The position numbers and the translations under genes were made by a program. Under the pieces are notes generated by a model that did no database searches, was not told where the DNA came from, and saw only the letters and a list, made by a program, of their open reading frames with translations. A stretch of 63,774 nucleotides of DNA, filler included, from Octopus bimaculoides (Eukaryota): the NCBI RefSeq assembly GCF_001194135.2. It is 5 parts of 4 records of this genome, joined end to end, with 100 filler letters (N's around TTAATTAATTAA, not from the genome) between each part and the next. Parts side by side here need not be neighbours in the genome. Positions count along the whole stretch, not along the records: positions 1 to 20,949 come from NC_069006.1; positions 21,050 to 45,711 come from NC_068997.1; 3 more parts are not named here. One strand, 5' to 3'. How positions within the stretch are numbered: the stretch's first letter is position 1; the number at the start of each line of letters is the position of its first letter. Below, piece by piece: positions 11,471 through 24,185 of this stretch.

Positions 11471-12089
11471 ATTGAAAAAAATCGACCTTGTTTGTAAAAG
11501 ATTTTGAACCTTAAGCAAATTTCGTTCCCGCACGTATGGAAATAGGGGAAGAATTCTGTTAAGTGACCCTGACATTTCGTCGCCTTCACAATGTTTCTCA
11601 CCCATGAACCCTAGAAACATTAACCACCGTATTAAGCGTCCCCAACAACGAACAAGTACACCAAATACATCATGAATAAATGTCAAGACTTCAGGTGGTC
11701 TCGAACCCTGCGCTAATGGTTTCCTCCACAAAATACTGATATCGACGGCCCGTCTGAGAAACGGAACCGCGAGGTGGAGTCGCTGCTGCAGCGTGTGTCG
11801 CTGGTTAATTCTCCGCGGCAATTGACATCGCAGTCATGACCGCAGGGCGAGGCTGAACGCATCATTAATTCAGGGGTTTGCGGCCCGTTGCTCCCTTCCC
11901 TTCCATCTTCTGCTGCTTAATCTCCGCCCCACTTGTTTTGTTTTCCTGTTTCTTTGTTTTCTTGTAATTAAATTGCGATAAATAAAAGTAATTTGAATGT
12001 TAAACTACTCTATAAATACAAACAAACGAAAGGGAATTACAAACAGAAATCCTGTCTCTGTTGTATGATGAATATTCAGGGTAAGCCTT

Positions 12090-12840
12090 ATTTCCATTGC
12101 TAATCCGCCTGGTGTTAAACGAACATGTTATACCTGACTGGAATGAGATCAAATGGTACAGGCCGACAATCAACGACATTTTGTACATGGATGGCCTCAA
12201 GTTATGCTCCGTAGATGACAAAGAAACAAAAACAAAATTAGGAAAATAGCTATGTACAACAGTGCATGGATTCAATAGAGTCATATGATATAAAAGCCAT
12301 CTGGTATGGGGGTGGGGTAATTAATTAAAACCGTCAATGTTAGGAGATGAAAGAGAATATGACTAAAAATAGATTTAAAATTATGTAGGAATTAACGAAC
12401 TAGAGAGAGTGTAACTGAGAGTAATGAAAGAAAATGTTAGGGAAGAATATTATAAATATATTAGGGTATAAATATATAAATATATTAGGGTATAGATACA
12501 TAAATATATAAATATATTAGGGTATAGATACACAAATATATAAATATATTAGGGTAATACTTTAAATTGAGAAAAATAGCAAAATAAATAAATAAGGTAA
12601 TAGGAATTAATATTCTGGTTGTTCTAGTAATTAGAGTTATAATCTCTACCGGAAGTTAAGTGAATTAGCAAGTATTGATGGGAAAACAAGGAAAATAATG
12701 ATTGCATTTGAAATAGATCGTAGAAAAGCCGACGCAGAAAAGGTAACATTTGTCATGAATATGTGGAGGTAAGGAGTGTTCTGTAATTAGAAAACTATTA
12801 TCAAATAGCTACAGTGGAACTGCAAAAATGTCTTGCAAGG
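12090..12840 (+). pseudogene. R4/Dong-like (restriction-like endonuclease clade) LINE RT fragment
   Basis: INDILYMDGLKL (YMDD-type motif), GDEREY, MKENVREEYY, IDGKTRKIM, KADAEK..., ENYYQIATV match the RT C-terminal half of R4-type elements; many stops. Confidence 0.75.
12460..12556. repeat. ~32-bp minisatellite inside the R4-like RT
   Basis: ATAAATATATAAATATATTAGGGTATAGATAC repeated about 3 times. Confidence 0.85.
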
Positions 12841-12886
12841 AATGATGGGAAATTCATACAAATATATGAAGAGAATGACTACACGC

Positions 12887-12937
<51 letters not shown>

Positions 12938-13161
12938 TTTAAGACCTGTTCGAATGACCCAGAGATATTTGAACCTTAAAATCTTTTCGAAAATATATGA
13001 ACTGGTCTTAGTTATTCTCTCAGTAACCGTTTCGCGAAGCAAATCACGTATATANNNNNNNNNNNNNNNNNNNNNNNNNNNNNNNNNNNNNNNNNNNNNN
13101 NNNNNNNNNNNNNNNNNNNNNNNNNNNNNNNNNNNNNNNNNNNNNNNNNNTGTATGTATAT

Positions 13162-13587
13162 ATAAAGTGATAGTATGTTGTCAACTTAATGTGAGAGACC
13201 CATAAAAGGGAAAGATGCTACTGCTATTTAGCCCTGGGAAACACCGTGTCCTGTTGGACTTGACACATTTCCTGTGTCCTTATGTTTTCAAAGTGGAGAC
13301 AAGCACCTCCACCCAGCAAAGCCAGCATCCAGAGACTGGTTTCAGAGTCATTGTTCATCATCAGTCTGGAGTAATCTCTTGATGCTGGCTTTGCTGGGTG
13401 GAGGTGCTTGTCTCCACTTTGAAAACACAAGGACACAGGAAATGTGTCAAGTCCAACAGGACACGGTGTTTCCTAGGGCTAAATAACAGTAGCATCTTTC
13501 CCTTTTATGGGACTGTCGCAGTAAGTTGACAACATACTATCTCTTTATCGTGCTGCTACTGCATATATTTCTCTGAGAGATTTAGAA

Positions 13588-13589
<2 letters not shown>
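13162..13589. mobile_element. fold-back copy of the hammerhead-bearing ~350-bp element
   Basis: About 170-bp near-identical inverted arms (13162-13333 and 13377-13548). It is homologous to 34673-34885 and ends with the same CTCTGAGAGATTTAGAAAT motif. Confidence 0.9.
13328..13370 (-). ncRNA. minimal type I hammerhead ribozyme (slightly decayed)
   Basis: TCCAGA-CTGATGA-TGAACAATGACTCT-GAAA-CCAG-TC-TCTGGA: perfect 6-bp stem I and GUC triplet; stems II and III each carry one change relative to 34636. Confidence 0.8.
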
Positions 13590-13621
<32 letters not shown>

Positions 13622-13959
13622 ACATAAAAAGGTATAATAATGGGGTTTAGGATTACCTGGAACACCCTACCAATCAAAAAAGCCTTTTATTAACCTGGTG
13701 TATTTGTTTAGCAGAAAGCTTAAGAAAGATTTTTCTCGGATTTCCCTTATTAACAACTCTTAACATTTGTACATACATACATACATACATATACACACAC
13801 GCGCATATAATATATATATTACATGTGTATGTGTTGGTGTGTGTGTGTGTATGTATGTATACGCGCACACACGCATATATAATATACATATTATATGTGT
13901 GTGTGTGTGTGTATGTGTGTATGTATGGATTTACATGCATATCTTTCTTGCTTTGTGGG

Positions 13960-14266
13960 GCTAATTTATGCCTGCAGTCTTCCAGAACGATTTTTGTGGA
14001 CATTCTGAACAATTCCTTCTGCTTCAAAATTCATCTAATTCGAGTGACTGTAAATCGCGTAGGCAGATCCCTTTGAAATTCCCCCTAAACTGTTTTTATT
14101 CGTCGTCTGCATTTCAAACGTCCTGTAGCAAACTAAGATCAATTTTCTGAGTTCAAATCTTAGTCTGGCTAACCTCATTATTTCTAGAGGGTCAAATCAA
14201 AAACGAAATGAAATTTAAGTCAGTCATCAGCTGTTAAAGTGCTTATATACTTTTTTGGACACCCTG
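13960..14266 (-). mobile_element. Tc1/mariner-superfamily 5' end with transposase N-terminus
   Basis: Minus strand CAGGGTGTCCAAAAAAGT TIR-like end, then decayed FEAEGIVQNVHKNRSGR, typical of the Tc1-type HTH region. Confidence 0.65.
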
Positions 14267-14885
14267 CACACACACACATACGCCCACACACACACACACG
14301 CAAATATTCATATATATATATATATACATAGGCATATATACAAAAACATTCATACAAATATACGTACACTTATATAACATACAGACATATATCTGCATAT
14401 GTACACATATGAATGTATGTATATATATATATATATTCATATATATATATATATACATGTATATGTACGTATATGAATGTGTATATATTATATTTTATAT
14501 ATATATATATATGCATACATACATACACACATACATACACACTCTCACACACATATATTTGCTGTCAGTGTTAGCGATAAATAACCTGTCTAAATGAGAA
14601 AGTTTCACAATTTCCTGACGTAAATTGTCTTACAGAGAACTTGTTGACCATTGACCTCGCTCTAAATTCGGAAACTTTATTTGGACTCAACACTTACACA
14701 TGACTGATTATACACTAGCATACACACATACATACATACATACATACATACATACATAATACATACATACATACATACATACAGGTTTATATAATGATAT
14801 ACACGACTGGCTACATACAATAGTATGCACACAATGCATATATACATATACAACAAATACCCCAGTATATACCTACATACACATG

Positions 14886-14917
<32 letters not shown>

Positions 14918-16395
14918 AATATATACACATATGCATACACACACACAGAGACAGACATATCTAAACATAGAAACATCCACAAACATCATACATACATACA
15001 TGTATACACAGTCATATCACACGCACAAATCGTACATGCATTTATAGAATATATATATATACAAGCATTCATANNNNNNNNNNNNNNNNNNNNNNNNNNN
15101 NNNNNNNNNNNNNNNNNNNNNNNNNNNNNNNNNNNNNNNNNNNNNNNNNNNNNNNNNNNNNNNNNNNNNNNNNNNNNNNNNNNNNNNNNNNNNNNNNNNN
15201 NNNNNNNNNNNNNNNNNNNNNNNNNNNNNNNNNNNNNNNNNNNNNNNNNNNNNNNNNNNNNNNNNNNNNNNNNNNNNNNNNNNNNNNNNNNNNNNNNNNN
15301 NNNNNNNNNNNNNNNNNNNNNNNNNNNNNNNNNNNNNNNNNNNNNNNNNNNNNNNNNNNNNNNNNNNNNNNNNNNNNNNNNNNNNNNNNNNNNNNNNNNN
15401 NNNNNNNNNNNNNNNNNNNNNNNNNNNNNNNNNNNNNNNNNNNNNNNNNNNNNNNNNNNNNNNNNNNNNNNNNNNNNNNNNNNNNNNNNNNNNNNNNNNN
15501 NNNNNNNNNNNNNNNNNNNNNNNNNNNNNNNNNNNNNNNTATATATATATATATATATTCATACGTACATATATTCGCTCATACACTGATACATACATAA
15601 ATACGTATATACATATCAACACAAAAACATACATACACACCTAAATACACACATATCTAAATACATATATACTCATACACATATACGTACAATCATACAC
15701 ACACACACACTTTTTGCTCTCTACGTTTTCTCTCATTCTTTCCCCAATGCCCCACAGTCAAATACCACTCTCATATTCTCATATTCTCTTATTCTCATAT
15801 TCTTCGTAGTCTTCATACGCCGCCATCATCAATCTTTAATTACTGTCCATAATTACCTGGCTGCCTACGGACCTTAAGGGTTTGTCCTCATGCCTGACGG
15901 TAGGTGGCAGTAATAGTACTGTGCTTGTCTTGTTGGCTCATGTGAAAATGATGGTAGTGGTAGTAGTGGTGGTGTTAGTGGTAGTGGTGGCGGCGGAGGT
16001 GATGCCAATGACATCATTGTTATGTGTGACGACTCATCTTGTGCTGGAGATGGTGTGTGGACCGATTCAGTTCTTGATTGGTGGTGATGATTGTATACAG
16101 TGATAGCTTGTGTGTGTGTGTGTGTGTGTGTGTGTGGGCGTGTGTTTGTATATGTATGTGTATATGCACGTGTGCAAAAACGTGTATTCACTGTTTTTTT
16201 AAAAAAGTACGCTGAAGATTTCCGAGTTTGACCGAAGTGTGGCCTAATCTGTCTGTTTGTCTCTCTCTACCTCTCACCTTCTCTCTCTATCAATCTTACA
16301 TCACGTCTCTCAACTCTTCTCTCTCTGTAGACACTCACGCATACACATACACATATGCATTTATATTTCAATGTAATACATATATGCGTAATCCA

Positions 16396-16436
<41 letters not shown>

Positions 16437-16478
16437 GAATTACGCGTATATGTGTGTGTGTGTGTGTGTATATGTATT

Positions 16479-16599
16479 AATATTTTGCAGAAGTAAGAGA
16501 GTGACTCAAGGTCGGAGAGTTTCGTGCGTTGGCACTTATCAAGTGTCAACGCATGAAACCCTAGGACCTTGAGTCACTCTCTTACTTCTGCAAAATATT
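16479..16599. repeat. ~59-bp-arm hairpin (fold-back)
   Basis: AATATTTTGCAGAAGTAAGAGAGTGACTCAAGGTC...CACTT, loop ATC, then AAGTG...GACCTTGAGTCACTCTCTTACTTCTGCAAAATATT. Confidence 0.95.
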
Positions 16600-16829
16600 T
16601 TCTTGTCTGCACCAACATCCGTCCATCCATCCATCCATACATACATATATATGGTCCACTACACGCAAGATTTAGGCAGATATACGTTCAAAACAATCCG
16701 TTCCAACCGATGCAAATTCTGCAAAAGGTTATCCTAGATAACCATATTCAAATACTTATTTCGGGAATACTTTTCTGCACCAATCTTCACTACAACGTCG
16801 TCATGACATTACTAGCGTCGAGGTATTCA

Positions 16830-17037
16830 AACCTCTGAAGACATGACGATATTCCCCCACCTGGACGGGACGCCGGTCCATCGCAGCGTTACTCATTTTT
16901 GTCAGCTGAATGAACTGGAGCAACGTGAAATGAAGTGTCTTGCTCAAGAGCACAATGCACTGCCCGGTCCAGGAATCGAAACCATAATCTTACGATCATG
17001 ACTCCAACACCCTAACCACTAAGCCATGCGTCTCCAC
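16830..17037 (-). mobile_element. tRNA-derived SINE (family C)
   Basis: Head GGCTTAGTGGTTAGGG...GGTTTCGATTCC and central CTTGAGCAAGACACTT; related pieces lie at 42680-42905 and 56690-56930. Confidence 0.8.
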
Positions 17038-17503
17038 TTTTCAATGTGTCGCCCCAGCATGGCCGCATTCTAATGACTGGAACCAGGTGAGAAAATAAAG
17101 ATACGAATCAGACGAAATGAATGAGAAATGGTTTTGTTGTTGCTGATATCGTTATTGAAGCGGAAGTGAATGCAAGAGAACTGAACTGTTTAAGAATAAC
17201 GATACAAACGTGTTTCATACGGGATTCACCCACACCCACACACACCCACCCACACACACGCCCGCGCATGCTCGCTGGGAGGAGTGTTGGGTTCCAACTT
17301 GATGTTCATCAGTCATATTCCTATGACGAGTAATTGAATGAATTGGTTGACCAGTGCTGTGCAGTGGGATCCAATCTGGATCTCTATGAATCCGAAATGA
17401 AATTCTTAATCATAGAAAATATTCTGTCTGTCTGTCTGTTCATCTAAGGGTCTGACTCTCTATAGGCCTGTCCAGAGGTTTGTTAGTTTGTCCATCTCTC
17501 TCT

Positions 17504-17588
<85 letters not shown>

Positions 17589-17922
17589 AGTATATATCTA
17601 TCTAATTACCTATCTATCTAATTATCTATCTATCTATCTGTCTGTCTGTCTATCTATTTATGCACCTGTCTGTCCATATTTGTCTGCTTGTCCATCTGTC
17701 TGTATGTATGTATGTATGTACGTATGAATCTATTTATCTATCTGTCCATATATCTGTCTGTCAATCCATCCATCTGCCCGTCCGTCCGTCCGCCTGTCCA
17801 TCCATCCATCCATCCGTCTATCTATCTACCTACCTACCTACCTACTTACCTATCTATCTTTCTTTTTAATTCATCTATCTGACCTGACCATTTATCTGTT
17901 TGATTATATGTCTGTCAATCTG

Positions 17923-17959
<37 letters not shown>

Positions 17960-18464
17960 NNNNNNNNNNNNNNNNNNNNNNNNNNNNNNNNNNNNNNNNN
18001 NNNNNNNNNNNNNNNNNNNNNNNNNNNNNNNNNNNNNNNNNNNNNNNNNNNNNNNNNNNNNNNNNNNNNNNNNNNNNNNNNNNNNNNNNNNNNNNNNNNN
18101 NNNNNNNNNNNNNNNNNNNNNNNNNNNNNNNNNNNNNNNNNNNNNNNNNNNNNNNNNNNNNNNNNNNNNNNNNNNNNNNNNNNNNNNNNNNNNNNNNNNN
18201 NNNNNNNNNNNNNNNNNNNNNNNNNNNNNNNNNNNNNNNNNNNNNNNNNNNNNNNNNNNNNNNNNNNNNNNNNNNNNNNNNNNNNNNNNNNNNNNNNNNN
18301 NNNNNNNNNNNNNNNNNNNNNNNNNNNNNNNNNNNNNNNNNNNNNNNNNNNNNNNNNNNNNNNNNNNNNNNNNNNNNNNNNNNNNNNNNNNNNNNNNNNN
18401 NNNNNNNNNNNNNNNNNNNNNNNNNNNNNNNNNNNNNNNNNNNNNNNNNNNNNNNNNNNNNNNN

Positions 18465-18497
<33 letters not shown>

Positions 18498-19289
18498 ATA
18501 TTTATCTTAACTTATCCAACCAACCCTTCTCCATCCGTCTCCAATACACAAAAATTTCAGCTGATTTACCGACAGCAGTCGTTTATTACAAAGTTAATTA
18601 ATATATATTCAAACAAAATGGGAATTTAATTAACAATCTAATTAGTAAAGACGTTGATTACGCGCATATCTCTCTTTCTTCCTCTTCGCTCTCTCTCTCT
18701 CTCTCTCCCTCTCTGTCCGCCTTGGAAATCATTGCAAACATAACGTAACTTGATTTATTCCATGTTTGCATTATATCGCTCTGTCATTGTTCAGTATTGT
18801 CGGTCCCAGCATGTGAAACTGATCGTCTGTCTGTGTGTCCCCTTCAATGTGTATGTATCGCTGTATGTGATGGCTGATGATTATGTGCTCGTTAGACGAG
18901 CATGACCATCGCTAACATGTAGCATCAGCGATACCCGAGCAAGTGTTTCAAATCGACACCGCACCGACTCTCCCTAGCAATACCAAAGCACTCAATGATG
19001 AGCAAAGCGTGAGATTATCTGGTTCAGCAGAACGGTGGACCTTTATGTCGGAGTTAACCTTCTCGTAGAGGGATGCCTTAACAAAGAGCTGGACCCTCAC
19101 GCCCAGTGGGCTTTTTGCAACTTCGGACACCAACCCGAATGAAGAAGACAAAAGACTCGAGGGATGGGGAACCCGATACAAGGGTGGAGACAGGAGCACG
19201 GTGGTAAACATGGCGTCAAGTGTGTGGCTTGTGTGCGCATTGTTCACTCGTATTAATATCGATTGCAAATTTTGGCAAGTGGTTTCCGG

Positions 19290-19470
19290 TGGTGGGGGTG
19301 GGGGTGGAATAAGTCGATTACATCGATCCCAGCACACAACTGGTACTTATTTTACCGACCCTGAAAGGAAGAAAGGCAAAGTGAACATCGGCGGAGTTTG
19401 AACTCAGAACGTAAAGACGGACGAAATGCCGCAATACACTTTGTCCGGCGTGCTAACAATTCTGCCAGCT
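19290..19470 (-). mobile_element. family B SINE
   Basis: GGTACTTATTTTACCGACCCTGAAAGGAAGAAAGGCAAAG...GAACTCAGAACGTAAAGACGG. Confidence 0.85.
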
Positions 19471-20456
19471 CGTTACCTTCAACTCATGCATAAATATTGC
19501 GATCGAATCTAGAGCAAACAGAACCGACATGTCGTTAACAATACATCGAAAGTGACCCCCACGAAGAGTCAGTTCTCAGAGAAGAGCTTTGTAAAACCGG
19601 CTGAGAACTGCAGCAGCAAAACTTAAGCGATTTACTAGAACTTACACGATTCCTTCAAGAATCGTCTGCGCTGGAACAATATCTCGTTGCAGCACACATT
19701 CCCTGAAAAACAATGCAGTACATTTCAAAATCGAGAGAGAGTGGAGAGAGAGAAACAAGATATCACGAGTAACATTAAATGTGGTAGAAATATTTTTTTT
19801 TCTACTCTAGACACAAGACCCGAAATATGGGAAGGAGGGGTGGCAGTCGATTGGACCGATCCCCAGTACGCAACTGGTACTTAATTTACCTTACCGACTC
19901 CGAAAGAATGAAAGGCAAAGTCGACCTCGGCAGAATGTTGTGGAAATATCAAAGAACTTGTCAAATTCCTGCTACTATTGCTTCGCAAAGAAGCTCATTA
20001 TATAGCTCGATCTAATGCAAATATAAAATTAATCAAAATTAAAAGGAAAACTGAGCTTATGTCAACTTACCGACACTTACACAAATTCTTCCTTTAGCAT
20101 TACTGACAAGATTGAACAGGAAACAGATGACAACGTAAGATGGACAAAGCGTGAGGCATGTAGAAAAATCTTAAAAGAACTGATGTATGCGGAAAATGGA
20201 TCTAACGAAACCAGGAATCTCGTGTTCAGTCATTTTCTATGCCAAGCAAATTAACATGTAGCATACTTTCAAGGTAAAGCTCTACCGATCACATTTGAGA
20301 TTTTCGAGCACAACATAAACACACACACACACTGACGAGTGTACGGCATGCATACACAGATACACATATGTATGTAAGCATGTATGTATGTATGTGGTTG
20401 TGTATAAGCGGATGTGTGTATTCATATTTATCTGTTTCTTTCTCTTATTCCCCCTC

Positions 20457-20527
<71 letters not shown>

Positions 20528-20949
20528 AATGTATAGCTAGATAGATATACGTACACACATGTCTGTATCTAATTGTTCCTTCTCTCTCCATATATATACG
20601 TATACACACACACACACACACACACAATATATAATTATTTAACTAAACACATATATACGCACGCACACACATACACACGAATATTAACGCAGCAGGCAAT
20701 TTTTAATATCAAAGAAGTTTCTTAAAAATGAGAAACCATAACTAAATATAACGATTCATGCAATAGATACAAAAACATATTCTAAAACAAATTCACACAG
20801 GCGCGCATGCGCAAACAAACAAACACACACACACATTTCTGTTTAGCCGCAGGAATCATATGATATCTAACCTTTAACTTTAAGAAGTTTCTATGCAAAA
20901 TAGGGACTCGCAGGTTGTTGGGGATGGTTGTCAGAAGTAACTAGGATAT

Positions 20950-21049
20950 NNNNNNNNNNNNNNNNNNNNNNNNNNNNNNNNNNNNNNNNNNNNTTAATTA
21001 ATTAANNNNNNNNNNNNNNNNNNNNNNNNNNNNNNNNNNNNNNNNNNNN
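20950..21049. other. artificial 100-bp scaffold spacer (44 N + TTAATTAATTAA + 44 N)
   Basis: The identical construct recurs at 45712-45811, 52653-52752 and 60286-60385. Confidence 0.95.
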
Positions 21050-21124
21050 GGGGGGGGGGCGTGCATGTGTGTATTGTGAGTAATTTTGCCTTGATATCAT
21101 GTGATGAATGTAAACAAGCATTTA

Positions 21125-21305
21125 TCATCTTACAAGCAATGCTGTTTGTTTCCAGAAGTGTCTGGCCACAGGGAAACATTACTTTGCTTGGAAACAACTG
21201 AAGGTTGGTGACAAGAAGGGCATCCAGCTGTAGAAAACCTGCTCCAATGATTTCCATCCGACCATTGCATGCATGGAACACATCACACGATGATGATGAT
21301 GGTGA
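21125..21305 (+). mobile_element. RTE-type 3' end with (GAT)n tail
   Basis: GGTTGGTGACAAGAAGGGCATCCAGC...CATGG...(GAT)n; the same family occurs at 27640 and 33190. Confidence 0.7.
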
Positions 21306-22149
21306 TAACAACAATGATGATGATGGAGGTGGGATGAGGTGGTAATGATTCTGATGGTGGTGGTTGTGATGATAATGATATATTTCAAATAATTATGTTT
21401 CACCTATGTTTACTGTTTGACATGAAGGACTTCTGCTCTTCAAGTTTTGGTTGTAAAGATGTTTGAATGTGTTGTTCTAACCACTGCAGTAGTTCCATGG
21501 TTATTTCTTCAGATTCTGATGAGGAATCACCAACCTTCAAAGAGAACAAATTCCTGAATGTACCAGTTACTAATAAAGGTCAACAGTTATAACAGCTATT
21601 TCCCTGGTAAAACACAAATATACACACATTTAATAGAAACGTATACTGAACAAAGTAGTCTCTACATAGTCACTCACTTTGCTAGAAATATCAGATAAAT
21701 TTTACAAATCACATCAAATTGTCTTAGAAAATTGGGAAGGATACATTAAACACTCTCATTTCTAGATACTCCTAAAACGAAGAAATTATGATGGTTCAAA
21801 TATCATTAGTCATAGGTATTCTCACTCTTAGTTGACTTGGGGTTAAACACCAACAGAGACATAAAATACATACATAGGTGTATATATATTATCCAAAGTA
21901 TACAGTATCACGGCTGATCTTACCAATCAGTTTCGTGCTAGGAATTCAACAGAGTGTTAGGTAACAATCATATTATATAACCCCACACTCATCAGAATTA
22001 GCCAATATGGAATGAAATATGGTACCATATTTCATTCCATGTCAGAATATTGGTAAGATCAGCCATGATGGATATATAATACAGATAACATAACCACTCA
22101 ATTGACAGATATACAAGTGCATCTTTTTTCTCACTTATGGACGACTAAC

Positions 22150-22210
<61 letters not shown>

Positions 22211-22214
<4 letters not shown>

Positions 22215-22642
22215 ACATATGGGGAAAATTCTGCATGTGGGTGTGTTTGTGGAGTTGTTAGCTAACTCCTACATTGTTTCATCAATTTGGATGAAACTTG
22301 ACACATGAGTAGAACTCATGTCTGGAAACCTCATGGCATACTCAGGCTGTTGAAAAAATCGATAATAGGGCCCGTGGAAGGGATCCTTATATATAACTAA
22401 TATATTTTATTTTAAAAACCAATGGAAATAACCCTTTCGTTTTCCTAAATTATGTGGTAAAAATGAAACTGAGTATGCTTATTTCTTAGTATTTGAACTG
22501 TTTGAGTTATCTTCGCAATTTATCCAGTACAACCCTAAAACAGGCAAATAGTATTTTCCTAAACAATAGATCCACTTATTTCAATTAGTGACTTATTCAC
22601 AAATATACCAACACTAGCGCCCCTGAGGGTAATATTCTCTAG
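22211..22642 (+). mobile_element. non-autonomous Helitron/DINE-like element (tentative)
   Basis: 5' TACTACATAT, internal ATTTGGATGAAACTTGACAC motif, 3' small GCCC/GGGT hairpin followed by CTAG. Confidence 0.4.
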
Positions 22643-24122
22643 GCACACACAAGAGCCCTTTTCAGAGTTATTTACTTTGAATTGTTATTATCTCATATCT
22701 GATTAGCCTGTTATTACATAACATGCTTCACGGTTTTAGTATACATACCTTATTAGTATTTCCTTCTATGTACTATATACTCTGTGAACGTATTAAAGCC
22801 CTTTTCGGGGCTACTTTATTTGAATTCTTACTATCATGTAACTAATTTCATGTTATTACATAACTGACTTCACAATTTGGGTTTCCATAACTTATTGGGA
22901 ATTCCTAAAAACAAGATCCTGTGTAAGACAGTTCAGTATTCTCTGTAAATGCACAAAAACCGTTTTACAGGTGACATACTTTGTATTGTTGTTATTGGAT
23001 TAGCAAAACAATTATGAGAATGGAACCAATGGATAAGCCCTGCTTTCCCAGGAATTATCGGGTACTTCAACTATTATATATATATATATATAAATTAAAT
23101 TAAAAGGGTAAAGGATTATCAATTTATTAATTAATAAATCAATCAATAATTAATAATTTTTTTACCAAGCCCATCGGTATGAAAGCACCATTATTGGTGG
23201 AGAACTTATTCATTTTNNNNNNNNNNNNNNNNNNNNNNNNNNNNNNNNNNNNNNNNNNNNNNNNNNNNNNNNNNNNNNNNNNNNNNNNNNNNNNNNNNNN
23301 NNNNNNNNNNNNNNNNNNNNNNNNNNNNNNNNNNNNNNNNNNNNNNNNNNNNNNNNNNNNNNNNNNNNNNNNNNNNNNNNNNNNNNNNNNNNNNNNNNNN
23401 NNNNNNNNNNNNNNNNNNNNNNNNNNNNNNNNNNNNNNNNNNNNNNNNNNNNNNNNNNNNNNNNNNNNNNNNNNNNNNNNNNNNNNNNNNNNNNNNNNNN
23501 NNNNNNNNNNNNNNNNNNNNNNNNNNNNNNNNNNNNNNNNNNNNNNNNNNNNNNNNNNNNNNNNNNNNNNNNNNNNNNNNNNNNNNNNNNNNNNNNNNNN
23601 NNNNNNNNNNNNNNNNNNNNNNNNNNNNNNNNNNNNNNNNNNNNNNNNNNNNNNNNNNNNNNNNNNNNNNNNNNNNNNNNNNNNNNNNNNNNNNNNNNNN
23701 NNNNNNNNNNNNNNNNNNNNNNNNNNNNNNNNNNNNNNNNNNNNNNNNNNNNNNNNNNNNNNNNNNNNNNNNNNNNNNNNNNNNNNNNNNNNNNNNNNNN
23801 NNNNNNNNNNNNNNNNNNNNNNNNNNNNNNNNNNNNNNNNNNNNNNNNNNNNNNNNNNNNNNNNNNNNNNNNNNNNNNNNNNNNNNNNNNNNNNNNNNNN
23901 NNNNNNNNNNNNNNNNNNNNNNNNNNNNNNNNNNNNNNNNNNNNNNNNNNNNNNNNNNNNNNNNNNNNNNNNNNNNNNNNNNNNNNNNNNNNNNNNNNNN
24001 NNNNNNNNNNNNNNNNNNNNNNNNNNNNNNNNNNNNNNNNNNNNNNNNNNNNNNNNNNNNNNNNNNNNNNNNNNNNNNNNNNNNNNNNNNNNNNNNNNNN
24101 NNNNNNNNNNNNNNNNNNNNNN

Positions 24123-24185
<63 letters not shown>

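Noticed and set aside
15850-15915. Weak inverted repeat ATTAC...CCTAC / GTAGG...GTAAT
   Set aside because: Short and gapped; expected by chance.
18950-19250. CpG-rich segment as an L1/Tx1 ORF fragment
   Set aside because: I could not match any frame to a recognisable motif, so it is left unassigned.
20098-20134. Micro-exon between CTTTAG and GTAAGA
   Set aside because: Splice-like motifs alone are too common and there is no homology support.
20325-20365. CTGACGA-GTGTA...TACAC as a hammerhead
   Set aside because: No GAAA follows the stem, and it lies in CA/TA low-complexity sequence.
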